The notes under the pieces are model-generated. The model made no database searches. It was not told where the DNA came from and was given only the letters and a program-made list of their open reading frames with translations. From Auanema rhodensis (lineage: Eukaryota > Animalia > Nematoda): a stretch of 64,000 bases of DNA. The stretch lies in contig OZ059896.1 in NCBI GenBank assembly GCA_964057225.1, positions 3,782,001 to 3,846,000 of the forward strand. The letters are read 5' to 3'. Position numbers and translations under genes: made by a program. Below are positions 43,501-58,500 of the stretch, one piece after another; position 1 is the stretch's first letter; the number at the start of each line of letters is the position of its first letter.

Positions 43501-46500
43501 TTGGAAGCAATTTTGAGTGTACATGGAAACTCAACATACACTATTGCATCATTTTTCAAACGATCATAACTAATTTTTGTATTAAGCTTTTCTTAATGTA
43601 GTATAGTGCATTCGATGCGGATTTTTAAGCTGCGTCGATCTGTACTATCAGATTTGCGCTAGCTTGAAAATGCACCGAGATATGAACTGATATAAGTTCA
43701 CACATATATCCTCGATTTTCACCCTGAAGAATTAATTTTTTCGTTGAATTACATTGTCCATCGTTTTTGCCTTAAAAAAAGGAATCTAAAAACATCTACT
43801 TTTTGCTAAATTATTTTGAAATTTTTCGAAAAAATTTTTGTCAAAATGTTTTTGGAAGCAATTTTGAGTGTACATGGAAACTCAACATACACTATTGCAT
43901 CATTTTTCAAACGATCATAACTAATTTTTGTATTAAGCTTTTCTTAATGTAGTATAGTGCATTCGATGCGGACTTTTAAGCTGCGTCGATCTGTGTTATC
44001 AGATTTGCGCTAGCTTGAAAATGCACCGAGATATCAACTGATATAAGTTCACATTTATATCCTCGATTTTCACCCTGAAGAATTAATTTTTTCGTTGAAT
44101 AACATTGTCCATCGTTTTTGCCTCGAAAAAAGGAATCTAAAAAGATCTGCTTTTCGCTAAATTATTTTGAAATTTTTCGAAAAAATTTTTGTCAAAATGT
44201 TTTTGGAAGCAATGTTGAGTGTACATGGAAACTCAACATACACTAATGCATCATTTTTCAAACGATCATAACTAATTTTTGTATTAAGCTTTTCTTAATG
44301 TAGTATAGTGCATTCGATGCGGACTTTTAAGCTGCGTCGATCTGTGTTATCAGATTTGCGCTAGCTTAAAAATGCACCGAGATATCAACTGATATAAGTT
44401 CACACCTATATCCTCGATTTTCACCCTGAAGAATTAATTTTTTCGTTGAATAACATTGTCCATCGTTTTTGCCTTGAAAAAAGGAATCTAAAAACATCTA
44501 CTTTTTGCTAAATTATTTTGAAATTTTTCGAAAAAATTTTTGTCAAAATGTTTTTGGAAGCAATTTTGAGTGTACATGGAAACTCAACATACACTAATGC
44601 ATCATTTTTCAAACGATCATAACTAATTTTTGTATTAAGCTTTTCTTAATGTAGTATAGTGCATTCGATGCGGATTTTTAAGCTGCGTCGATCTGTGTTA
44701 TCAGATTTGCGCTAGCTTGAAAATGCACCGAGATATCAACTGATATAAGTTCACACCTATATCCTCGATTTTCACCCTGAAGAATTAATTTTTTCGTTGA
44801 ATTACATTGTCCATCGTTTTTGCCTCAAAAAAAGGAATCTAAAAACATCTACTTTTCGCTAAATTATTTTGAAATTTTTCGAAAAAATTTTTGTCAAAAT
44901 GTTTTTGGAAGCAATTTTGAGTGTACATGGAAACTCAACATACACTATTGCATCATTTTTCAAACGATCATAACTAATTTTTGTATTAAGCTTTTCTTAA
45001 TGTAGTATAGTGCATTCGATGCGGATTTTTAAGCTGCGTCGATCTGTACTATCAGATTTGCGCTAGCTTGAAAATGCACCGAGATATGAACTGATATAAG
45101 TTCACACTTATATCCTCGATTTTCACCCTGAAGAATTAATTTTTTCGTTGAATTACATTGTCCATCGTTTTTGCCTTAAAAAAAGGAATCTAAAAACATC
45201 TACTTTTCGCTAAATTATTTTGAAATTTTTCGAAAAAATTTTTGTCAAAATGTTTTTGGAAGCAATTTTGAGTGTACATGGAAACTCAACATACACTAAT
45301 GCATCATTTTTCAAACGATCATAACTAATTTTTGTATTAAGCTTTTCTTAATGTAGTATAGTGCATTCGATGCGGATTTTTAAGCTGCGTCGATCTGTGT
45401 TATCAGATTTCCGCTAGCTTAAAAATGCACCGAGATATCAACTGATATAAGTTCACACCTATATCCTCGATTTTCACCCTGAAGAATTAATTTTTTCGTT
45501 GAATAACATTGTCCATCGTTTTTGCCTTGAAAAAAGGAATCTAAAAACATCTACTTTTTGCTAAATTATTTTGAAATTTTTCGAAAAAATTTTTGTCAAA
45601 ATGTTTTTGGAAGCAATGTTGAGTGTACATGGAAACTCAACATACACTAATGCATCATTTTTCAAACGATCATAACTAATTTTTGTATTAAGCTTTTCTT
45701 AATGTAGTATAGTGCATTCGATGCGGACTTTTAAGCTGCGTCGATCTGTGTTATCAGATTTGCGCTAGCTTAAAAATGCACCGAGATATCAACTGATATA
45801 AGTTCACACCTATATCCTCGATTTTCACCCTGAAGAATTAATTTTTTCGTTGAATAACATTGTCCATCGTTTTTGCCTTGAAAAAAGGAATCTAAAAACA
45901 TCTACTTTTTGCTAAATTATTTTGAAATTTTTCGAAAAAATTTTTGTCAAAATGTTTTTGGAAGCAATGTTGAGTGTACATGGAAACTCAACATACACTA
46001 ATGCATCATTTTTCAAACGATCATAACTAATTTTTGTATTAAGCTTTTCTTAATGTAGTATAGTGCATTCGATGCGGACTTTTAAGCTGCGTCGATCTGT
46101 GTTATCAGATTTGCGCTAGCTTAAAAATGCACCGAGATATCAACTGATATAAGTTCACACCTATATCCTCGATTTTCACCCTGAAGAATTAACTTTTTCG
46201 TTGAATAACATTGTCCATCGTTTTTGCCTTGAAAAAAGGAATCTAAAAACATCTACTTTTTGCTAAATTATTTTGAAATTTTTCGAAAAAATTTTTGTCA
46301 AAATGTTTTTGGAAGCAATTTTGAGTGTACATGGAAACTCAACATACACTATTGCATCATTTTTCAAACGATCATAACTAATTTTTGTATTAAGCTTTTC
46401 TTAATGTAGTATAGTGCATTCGATGCGGATTTTTAAGCTGCGTCGATCTGTACTATCAGATTTGCGCTAGCTTGAAAATGCACCGAGATATGAACTGATA

Positions 46501-49500
46501 TAAGTTCACACATATATCCTCGATTTTCACCCTGAAGAATTAATTTTTTCGTTGAATTACATTGTCCATCGTTTTTGCCTTAAAAAAAGGAATCTAAAAA
46601 CATCTACTTTTCGCTAAATTATTTTGAAATTTTTCGAAAAAATTTTTGTCAAAATGTTTTTGGAAGCAATTTTGAGTGTACATGGAAACTCAACATACAC
46701 TAATGCATCATTTTTCAAACGATCATAACTAATTTTTGTATTAAGCGTTTCTCAATGTAGTATAGTGCATTCGATGCGGACTTTTAAGCTGCGTCGATCT
46801 GTGTTATCAGATTTGCGCTAGCTTGAAAATGCACCGAGATATCAACTGATATAAGTTCACACTTATATCCTCGATTTTCACCCTGAAGAATTAATTTTTT
46901 CGTCGAATAACATTGTCCATCGTTTTTGCCTCGAAAAAAGGAATCTAAAAACATCTACTTTTCGCTAAATTATTTTGAAATTTTTCGAAAAAATTTTTGT
47001 CAAAATGTTTTTGGAAGCAATTTTGAGTGTACATGGAAACTCAACATACACTAATGCATCATTTTTCAAACGATCATAACTAATTTTTGTATTAAGCGTT
47101 TCTCAATGTAGTATAGTGCATTCGATGAGGATTTTTAAGCTGCGTCGATCTGTGTTATCAGATTTCCGCTAGCTTAAAAATGCACCGAGATATCAACTGA
47201 TATAAGTTCACACCTATATCCTCGATTTTCACCCTGAAGAATTAATTTTTTCGTTGAATAACATTGTCCATCGTTTTTGCCTTGAAAAAAGGAATCTAAA
47301 AACATCTACTTTTTGCTAAATTATTTTGAAATTTTTCGAAAAAATTTTTGTCAAAATGTTTTTGGAAGCAATGTTGAGTGTACATGGAAACTCAACATAC
47401 ACTAATGCATCATTTTTCAAACGATCATAACTTATTTTTGTATTAAGCGTTTCTCAATGTAGTATAGTGCATTCGATGCGGATTTTTAAGCTGCGTCGAT
47501 CTGTACTATCAGATTTGCGCTAGCTTGAAAATGCACCGAGATATCAACTGATATAAGTTCACACCTATATCCTCGATTTTCACCCTGAAGAATTAATTTT
47601 TTCGTTGAAAAACATTGTCCATCGTTTTTGCCTTGTAAAAAGGAATCTAAAAACATCTACTTTTTGCTAAATTATTTTGAAATTTTTCGAAAAAATTTTT
47701 GTCAAAATGTTTTTGGAAGCAATGTTGAGTGTACATGGAAACTCAACATACACTAATGCATCATTTTTCAAACGATCATAACTTATTTTTGTATTAAGCG
47801 TTTCTCAATGTAGTATAGTGCATTCGATGCGGATTTTTAAGCTGCGTCGATCTGTACTATCAGATTTGCGCTAGCTTGAAAATGCACCGAGATATCAACT
47901 GATATAAGTTCACACCTATATCCTCGATTTTCACCCTGAAGAATTAATTTTTTCGTTGAAAAACATTGTCCATCGTTTTTGCCTTGTAAAAAGGAATCTA
48001 AAAACATCTACTTTTTGCTAAATTATTTTGAAATTTTTCGGGAAAATTTTTGTCAAAATGTTTTTGGAAGCAATGTTGAGTGTACATGGAAACTCAACAT
48101 ACACTAATGCATCATTTTTCAAACGATCATAACTAATTTTTGTATTAAGCGTTTCTCAATGTAGTATAGTGCATTAGATGCGGATTTTTAAGCTGCGTCG
48201 ATCTGTACTATCAGATTTGCGCTAGCTTGAAAATGCACCGAGATATCAACTGATATAAGTTCACACTTATATCCTCGATTTTCACCCTGAAGAATTAATT
48301 TTTTCGTTGAATAACATTGTCCATCGTTTTTGCCTCGAAAAAAGGAATCTAAAAACATCTACTTTTCGCTAAATTATTTTGAAATTTTTCGAAAAAATTT
48401 TTGTCAAAATGTTTTTGGAAGCAATTTTGAGTGTACATGGGAACTCAACATACACTAATGCATCATTTTTCAAACGATCATAACTAATTTTTGTATTAAG
48501 CGTTTCTCAATGTAGTATAGTGCATTCGATGCGGATTTTTAAGCTGCGTCGATCTGTACTATCAGATTTGCGCTAGCTTGAAAATGCACCGAGATATCAA
48601 CTGATATAAGTTCACACTTATATCCTCGATTTTCACCCTGAAGAATTAATTTTTTCGTTGAATAACATTGTCCATCGTTTTTGCCTCGAAAAAAGGAATC
48701 TAAAAACATCTACTTTTCGCTAAATTATTTTGAAATTTTTCGAAAAAATTTTTGTCAAAATGTTTTTGGAAGCAATTTTGAGTGTACATGGAAACTCAAC
48801 ATACACTAATGCATCATTTTTCAAACGATCATAACTAATTTTTGTATTAAGCGTTTCTCAATGTAGTATAGTGCATTCGATGAGGATTTTTAAGCTGCGT
48901 CGATCTGTGTTATCAGATTTCCGCTAGCTTAAAAATGCACCGAGATATCAACTGATATAAGTTCACACCTATATCCTCGATTTTCACCCTGAAGAATTAA
49001 TTTTTTCGTTGAATAACATTGTCCATCGTTTTTGCCTTGAAAAAAGGAATCTAAAAACATCTACTTTTTGCTAAATTATTTTGAAATTTTTCGAAAAAAT
49101 TTTTGTCAAAATGTTTTTGGAAGCAATGTTGAGTGTACATGGAAACTCAACATACACTAATGCATCATTTTTCAAACGATCATAACTTATTTTTGTATTA
49201 AGCGTTTCTCAATGTAGTATAGTGCATTCGATGCGGATTTTTAAGCTGCGTCGATCTGTACTATCAGATTTGCGCTAGCTTGAAAATGCACCGAGATATC
49301 AACTGATATAAGTTCACACTTATATCCTCGATTTTCACCCTGAAGAATTAATTTTTTCGTTGAATAACATTGTCCATCGTTTTTGCCTTGTAAAAAGGAA
49401 TCTAAAAACATCTACTTTTTGCTAAATTATTTTGAAATTTTTCGAAAAAATTTTTGTCAAAATGTTTTTGGAAGCAATTTTGAGTGTACATGGAAACTCA

Positions 49501-52500
49501 ACATACACTAATGCATCATTTTCCAAACGATCATAACTAATTTTTGTGATGAGCGTTTCTCCATGTAGTATAATGCATTCGATGCGGATTTTTAAGCTGC
49601 GTCGATCTGTGTTATCAGATTTGCGCTAGCTTAAAAATGCACCGAGATATCAACTGATATAAGTTCACACCTATATCCTCGATTTTCACCCTGAAGAATT
49701 AATTTTTTCGTTGAATTACATTGTCCATCGTTTTTGCCTCGAAAAAAGGAATCTAAAAACATCTACTTTTTGCTAAATTATTTTGAAATTTTTCGAAAAA
49801 ATTTTTGTCAAAATGTTTTTGGAAGCAATTTTGAGTGTACATGGAAACTCAACATACACTAATGCATCATTTTTCAAACGATCATAACTAATTTTTGTAT
49901 TAAGCGTTTCTCAATGTAGTATAGTGCATTCGATGCGGACTTTTAAGCTGCGTCGATCTGTGTTATCAGATTTCCGCTAGCTTAAAAATGCACCGAGATA
50001 TCAACTGATATAAGTTCACACTTATATCCTCGATTTTCACCCTGAAGAATTAATTTTTTCGTTGGATAACATTGTCCATCGTTTTTGCCTTGAAAAAAGG
50101 AATCTAAAAACATCTACTTTTTGCGAAATTATTTTGAAATTTTTCGAAAAAATTTTTGTCAAAATGTTTTTGGAAGCAATGTTGAGTGTACATGGAAACT
50201 CAACATACACTAATGCATCATTTTTCAAACGATCATAACTTATTTTTGTATTAAGCGTTTCTCAATGTAGTATAGTGCATTAGATGCGGATTTTTAAGCT
50301 GCGTCGATCTGTACTATCAGATTTGCGCTAGCTTGAAAATGCACCGAGATATCAACTGATATAAGTTTACACTTATATTCTCGATTTTCACCCTGAAGAA
50401 TTAATTTTTTCGTTGAATTACATTGTCCATCGTTTTTGCCTCGAAAAAAGGAATCTAAAAACATCTACTTTTCGCTAAATTATTTTGAAATTTTTCGAAA
50501 AAATTTTTGTCAAAATGTTTTTGGAAGCAATTTTGAGTGAACATGGAAACTCAACATACACTATTGCATCATTTTTCAAACGATCATAACTAATTTTTGT
50601 ATTAAGCTTTTCTTAATGTAGTATAGTGCATTCGATGCGGATTTTTAAGCTGCGTCGATCTGTACTATCAGATTTGCGCAAGCTGGAAAATGCACCGAGA
50701 TATGAACTGATATAAGTTCACACTTATATCCTCGATTTTCACCCTGAAGAATTAATTTTTTCGTTGAATTACATTGTCCATCGTTTTTGCCTTGAAAAAA
50801 GGAATCTAAAAACATCTACTTTTCGCTAAATTATTTTGAAATTTTTCGAAAAAATTTTTGTCAAAATGTTTTTGGAAGCAATTTTGAGTGTACATGGAAA
50901 CTCAACATACACTAATGCATCATTTTTCAAACGATCATAACTTATTTTTGTATTAAGCGTTTCTCAATGTAGTATAGTGCATTAGATGCGGATTTTTAAG
51001 CTGCGTCGATCTGTACTATCAGATTTGCGCTAGCTTGAAAATGCACCGAGATATCAACTGATATAAGTTCACACTTATATCCTCGATTTTCACCCTGAAG
51101 AATTAATTTTTTCGTTGAATAACATTGTCCATCGTTTTTGCCTCAAAAAAAGGAATCTAAAAACATCTACTTTTCGCTAAATTATTTTGAAATTTTTCGA
51201 AAAAATTTTTGTCAAAATGTTTTTGGAAGCAATTTTGAGTGTACATGGAAACTCAACATACACTAATGCATCATTTTTCAAACGATCATAACTAATTTTT
51301 GTATTAAGCGTTTCTCAATGTAGTATAGTGCATTCGATGAGGATTTTTAAGCTGCGTCGATCTGTGTTATCAGATTTCCGCTAGCTTAAAAATGCACCGA
51401 GATATCAACTGATATAAGTTCACACCTATATCCTCGATTTTCACCCTGAAGAATTAATTTTTTCGTTGAATAACATTGTCCATCGTTTTTGCCTTGAAAA
51501 AAGGAATCTAAAAACATCTACTTTTTGCTAAATTATTTTGAAATTTTTCGAAAAAATTTTTGTCAAAATGTTTTTGGAAGCAATGTTGAGTGTACATGGA
51601 AACTCAACATACACTAATGCATCATTTTTCAAACGATCATAACTAATTTTTGTATTAAGCGTTTCTCAATGTAGTATAGTGCATTCGATGAGGATTTTTA
51701 AGCTGCGTCGATCTGTGTTATCAGATTTGCGCTAGCTTAAAAATGCACCGAGATATCAACTGATATAAGTTCACACCTATATCCTCGATTTTCACCCTGA
51801 AGAATTAACTTTTTCGTTGAATAACATTGTCCATCGTTTTTGCCTTGAAAAAAGGAATCTAAAAACATCTACTTTTTGCTAAATTATTTTGAAATTTTTC
51901 GAAAAAATTTTTGTCAAAATGTTTTTGGAAGCAATTTTGAGTGTACATGGAAACTCAACATACACTAATGCATCATTTTTCAAACGATCATAACTAATTT
52001 TTGTATTAAGCTTTTCTTAATGTAGTATAGTGCATTCGATGCGGACTTTTAAGCTGCGTCGATCTGTGTTATCAGATTTGCGCTAGCTTAAAAATGCACC
52101 GAGATATCAACTGATATAAGTTCACACCTATATCCTCGATTTTCACCCTGAAGAATTAACTTTTTCGTTGAATAACATTGTCCATCGTTTTTGCCTTGAA
52201 AAAAGGAATCTAAAAACATCTACTTTTTGCTAAATTATTTTGAAATTTTTCGAAAAAATTTTTGTCAAAATGTTTTTGGAAGCAATTTTGAGTGTACATG
52301 GAAACTCAACATACACTATTGCATCATTTTTCAAACGATCATAACTAATTTTTGTATTAAGCTTTTCTTAATGTAGTATAGTGCATTCGATGCGGATTTT
52401 TAAGCTGCGTCGATCTGTACTATCAGATTTGCGCTAGCTTGAAAATGCACCGAGATATGAACTGATATAAGTTCACACATATATCCTCGATTTTCACCCT

Positions 52501-55500
52501 GAAGAATTAATTTTTTCGTTGAATTACATTGTCCATCGTTTTTGCCTTAAAAAAAGGAATCTAAAAACATCTACTTTTCGCTAAATTATTTTGAAATTTT
52601 TCGAAAAAATTTTTGTCAAAATGTTTTTGGAAGCAATTTTGAGTGTACATGGAAACTCAACATACACTAATGCATCATTTTTCAAACGATCATAACTAAT
52701 TTTTGTATTAAGCGTTTCTCAATGTAGTATAGTGCATTCGATGCGGACTTTTAAGCTGCGTCGATCTGTGTTATCAGATTTGCGCTAGCTTGAAAATGCA
52801 CCGAGATATCAACTGATATAAGTTCACACTTATATCCTCGATTTTCACCCTGAAGAATTAATTTTTTCGTTGAATAACATTGTCCATCGTTTTTGCCTCG
52901 AAAAAAGGAATCTAAAAACATCTACTTTTCGCTAAATTATTTTGAAATTTTTCGAAAAAATTTTTGTCAAAATGTTTTTGGAAGCAATTTTGAGTGTACA
53001 TGGAAACTCAACATACACTAATGCATCATTTTTCAAACGATCATAACTAATTTTTGTATTAAGCGTTTCTCAATGTAGTATAGTGCATTCGATGAGGATT
53101 TTTAAGCTGCGTCGATCTGTGTTATCAGATTTCCGCTAGCTTAAAAATGCACCGAGATATCAACTGATATAAGTTCACACCTATATCCTCGATTTTCACC
53201 CTGAAGAATTAATTTTTTCGTTGAATAACATTGTCCATCGTTTTTGCCTTGAAAAAAGGAATCTAAAAACATCTACTTTTTGCTAAATTATTTTGAAATT
53301 TTTCGAAAAAATTTTTGTCAAAATGTTTTTGGAAGCAATGTTGAGTGTACATGGAAACTCAACATACACTAATGCATCATTTTTCAAACGATCATAACTT
53401 ATTTTTGTATTAAGCGTTTCTCAATGTAGTATAGTGCATTCGATGCGGATTTTTAAGCTGCGTCGATCTGTACTATCAGATTTGCGCTAGCTTGAAAATG
53501 CACCGAGATATCAACTGATATAAGTTCACACCTATATCCTCGATTTTCACCCTGAAGAATTAATTTTTTCGTTGAAAAACATTGTCCATCGTTTTTGCCT
53601 TGTAAAAAGGAATCTAAAAACATCTACTTTTTGCTAAATTATTTTGAAATTTTTCGGGAAAATTTTTGTCAAAATGTTTTTGGAAGCAATGTTGAGTGTA
53701 CATGGAAACTCAACATACACTAATGCATCATTTTTCAAACGATCATAACTAATTTTTGTATTAAGCGTTTCTCAATGTAGTATAGTGCATTAGATGCGGA
53801 TTTTTAAGCTGCGTCGATCTGTACTATCAGATTTGCGCTAGCTTGAAAATGCACCGAGATATCAACTGATATAAGTTCACACTTATATCCTCGATTTTCA
53901 CCCTGAAGAATTAATTTTTTCGTTGAATAACATTGTCCATCGTTTTTGCCTCGAAAAAAGGAATCTAAAAACATCTACTTTTCGCTAAATTATTTTGAAA
54001 TTTTTCGAAAAAATTTTTGTCAAAATGTTTTTGGAAGCAATTTTGAGTGTACATGGGAACTCAACATACACTAATGCATCATTTTTCAAACGATCATAAC
54101 TAATTTTTGTATTAAGCGTTTCTCAATGTAGTATAGTGCATTCGATGCGGATTTTTAAGCTGCGTCGATCTGTACTATCAGATTTGCGCTAGCTTGAAAA
54201 TGCACCGAGATATCAACTGATATAAGTTCACACTTATATCCTCGATTTTCACCCTGAAGAATTAATTTTTTCGTTGAATAACATTGTCCATCGTTTTTGC
54301 CTCGAAAAAAGGAATCTAAAAACATCTACTTTTCGCTAAATTATTTTGAAATTTTTCGAAAAAATTTTTGTCAAAATGTTTTTGGAAGCAATTTTGAGTG
54401 TACATGGAAACTCAACATACACTAATGCATCATTTTTCAAACGATCATAACTAATTTTTGTATTAAGCGTTTCTCAATGTAGTATAGTGCATTCGATGAG
54501 GATTTTTAAGCTGCGTCGATCTGTGTTATCAGATTTCCGCTAGCTTAAAAATGCACCGAGATATCAACTGATATAAGTTCACACCTATATCCTCGATTTT
54601 CACCCTGAAGAATTAATTTTTTCGTTGAATAACATTGTCCATCGTTTTTGCCTTGAAAAAAGGAATCTAAAAACATCTACTTTTTGCTAAATTATTTTGA
54701 AATTTTTCGAAAAAATTTTTGTCAAAATGTTTTTGGAAGCAATGTTGAGTGTACATGGAAACTCAACATACACTAATGCATCATTTTTCAAACGATCATA
54801 ACTTATTTTTGTATTAAGCGTTTCTCAATGTAGTATAGTGCATTCGATGCGGATTTTTAAGCTGCGTCGATCTGTACTATCAGATTTGCGCTAGCTTGAA
54901 AATGCACCGAGATATCAACTGATATAAGTTCACACCTATATCCTCGATTTTCACCCTGAAGAATTAATTTTTTCGTTGAAAAACATTGTCCATCGTTTTT
55001 GCCTTGTAAAAAGGAATCTAAAAACATCTACTTTTTGCTGAATTATTTTGAAATTTTTCGGGAAAATTTTTGTCAAAATGTTTTTGGAAGCAATGTTGAG
55101 TGTACATGGAAACTCAACATACACTAATGCATCATTTTTCAAACGATCATAACTAATTTTTGTATTAAGCTTTTCTTAATGTAGTATAGTGCATTCGATG
55201 CGGACTTTTAAGCTGCGTCGATCTGTGTTATCAGATTTGCGCTAGCTTAAAAATGCACCGAGATATCAACTGATATAAGTTCACACTTATATCCTCGATT
55301 TTCACCCTGAAGAATTAATTTTTTCGTTGAATAACATTGTCCATCGTTTTTGCCTTGTAAAAAGGAATCTAAAAACATCTACTTTTTGCTAAATTATTTT
55401 GAAATTTTTCGAAAAAATTTTTGTCAAAATGTTTTTGGAAGCAATTTTGAGTGTACATGGAAACTCAACATACACTAATGCATCATTTTCCAAACGATCA

Positions 55501-58500
55501 TAACTAATTTTTGTGATGAGCGTTTCTCCATGTAGTATAATGCATTCGATGCGGATTTTTAAGCTGCGTCGATCTGTGTTATCAGATTTGCGCTAGCTTA
55601 AAAATGCACCGAGATATCAACTGATATAAGTTCACACCTATATCCTCGATTTTCACCCTGAAGAATTAATTTTTTCGTTGAATTACATTGTCCATCGTTT
55701 TTGCCTCGAAAAAAGGAATCTAAAAACATCTACTTTTTGCTAAATTATTTTGAAATTTTTCGAAAAAATTTTTGTCAAAATGTTTTTGGAAGCAATTTTG
55801 AGTGTACATGGAAACTCAACATACACTAATGCATCATTTTTCAAACGATCATAACTAATTTTTGTATTAAGCGTTTCTCAATGTAGTATAGTGCATTCGA
55901 TGCGGACTTTTAAGCTGCGTCGATCTGTGTTATCAGATTTCCGCTAGCTTAAAAATGCACCGAGATATCAACTGATATAAGTTCACACTTATATCCTCGA
56001 TTTTCACCCTGAAGAATTAATTTTTTCGTTGGATAACATTGTCCATCGTTTTTGCCTTGAAAAAAGGAATCTAAAAACATCTACTTTTTGCGAAATTATT
56101 TTGAAATTTTTCGAAAAAATTTTTGTCAAAATGTTTTTGGAAGCAATGTTGAGTGTACATGGAAACTCAACATACACTAATGCATCATTTTTCAAACGAT
56201 CATGACTAATTTTTGTATTAAGCGTTTCTCAATGTAGTATAGTGCATTCAATGCGGATTTTTAAGCTGCGTCGATCTGTACTATCAGATTTGCGCTAGCT
56301 TGAAAATGCACCGAGATATCAACTGATATAAGTTTACACTTATATTCTCGATTTTCACCCTGAAGAATTAATTTTTTCGTTGAATAACATTGTCCATCGT
56401 TTTTGCCTCGAAAAAAGGAATTTAAAAACATCTACTTTTCGCTAAATTATTTTGAAATTTTTCGAAAAAATTTTTGTCAAAATGTTTTTGGAAGCAATTT
56501 TGAGTGTACATGGGAACTCAACATACACTAATGCATCATTTTTCAAACGATCATAACTAATTTTTGTATTAAGCGTTTCTCAATGTAGTATAGTGCATTC
56601 GATGCGGATTTTTAAGCTGCGTCGATCTGTACTATCAGATTTGCGCTAGCTTGAAAATGCACCGAGATATCAACTGATATAAGTTCACACTTATATCCTC
56701 GATTTTCACCCTGAAGAATTAATTTTTTCGTTGAATAACATTGTCCATCGTTTTTGCCTCGAAAAATGGAATCTAAAAACGTCTACTTTTCGCTAAATTA
56801 TTTTGAAATTTTTCGAAAAAATTTTTGTCAAAATGTTTTTGGAAGCAATTTTGAGTGTACATGGAAACTCAACATACACTAATGCATCATTTTTCAAACG
56901 ATCATAACTAATTTTTGTATTAAGCGTTTCTCAATGTAGTATAGTGCATTCGATGAGGATTTTTAAGCTGCGTCGATCTGTGTTATCAGATTTCCGCTAG
57001 CTTAAAAATGCACCGAGATATCAACTGATATAAGTTCACACCTATATCCTCGATTTTCACCCTGAAGAATTAATTTTTTCGTTGAATAACATTGTCCATC
57101 GTTTTTGCCTTGAAAAAAGGAATCTAAAAACATCTACTTTTTGCTAAATTATTTTGAAATTTTTCGAAAAAATTTTTGTCAAAATGTTTTTGGAAGCAAT
57201 GTTGAGTGTACATGGAAACTCAACATACACTAATGCATCATTTTTCAAACGATCATAACTTATTTTTGTATTAAGCGTTTCTCAATGTAGTATAGTGCAT
57301 TCGATGCGGATTTTTAAGCTGCGTCGATCTGTACTATCAGATTTGCGCTAGCTTGAAAATGCACCGAGATATCAACTGATATAAGTTCACACCTATATCC
57401 TCGATTTTCACCCTGAAGAATTAATTTTTTCGTTGAAAAACATTGTCCATCGTTTTTGCCTTGTAAAAAGGAATCTAAAAACATCTACTTTTTGCTGAAT
57501 TATTTTAAATTTTTCGGGAAAATTTTTGTCAAAATGTTTTTGGAAGCAATGTTGAGTGTACATGGAAACTCAACATACACTAATGCATCATTTTTCAAAC
57601 GATCATAACTAATTTTTGTATTAAGCTTTTCTTAATGTAGTATAGTGCATTCGATGCGGACTTTTAAGCTGCGTCGATCTGTGTTATCAGATTTGCGCTA
57701 GCTTAAAAATGCACCGAGATATCAACTGATATAAGTTCACACTTATATCCTCGATTTTCACCCTGAAGAATTAATTTTTTCGTTGAATAACATTGTCCAT
57801 CGTTTTTGCCTTGTAAAAAGGAATCTAAAAACATCTACTTTTTGCTAAATTATTTTGAAATTTTTCGAAAAAATTTTTGTCAAAATGTTTTTGGAAGCAA
57901 TTTTGAGTGTACATGGAAACTCAACATACACTAATGCATCATTTTCCAAACGATCATAACTAATTTTTGTGATGAGCGTTTCTCCATGTAGTATAATGCA
58001 TTCGATGCGGATTTTTAAGCTGCGTCGATCTGTGTTATCAGATTTGCGCTAGCTTAAAAATGCACCGAGATATCAACTGATATAAGTTCACACCTATATC
58101 CTCGATTTTCACCCTGAAGAATTAATTTTTTCGTTGAATTACATTGTCCATCGTTTTTGCCTCGAAAAAAGGAATCTAAAAACATCTACTTTTTGCTAAA
58201 TTATTTTGAAATTTTTCGAAAAAATTTTTGTCAAAATGTTTTTGGAAGCAATTTTGAGTGTACATGGAAACTCAACATACACTAATGCATCATTTTTCAA
58301 ACGATCATAACTAATTTTTGTATTAAGCGTTTCTCAATGTAGTATAGTGCATTCGATGCGGACTTTTAAGCTGCGTCGATCTGTGTTATCAGATTTCCGC
58401 TAGCTTAAAAATGCACCGAGATATCAACTGATATAAGTTCACACTTATATCCTCGATTTTCACCCTGAAGAATTAATTTTTTCGTTGGATAACATTGTCC

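Noticed and set aside
27271-45005. Eight 61-aa plus-strand ORFs (MPxKKESKNIY...)
   Set aside because: They start at TTG inside satellite monomers and exist only where point variants remove stops. No recognisable protein similarity.
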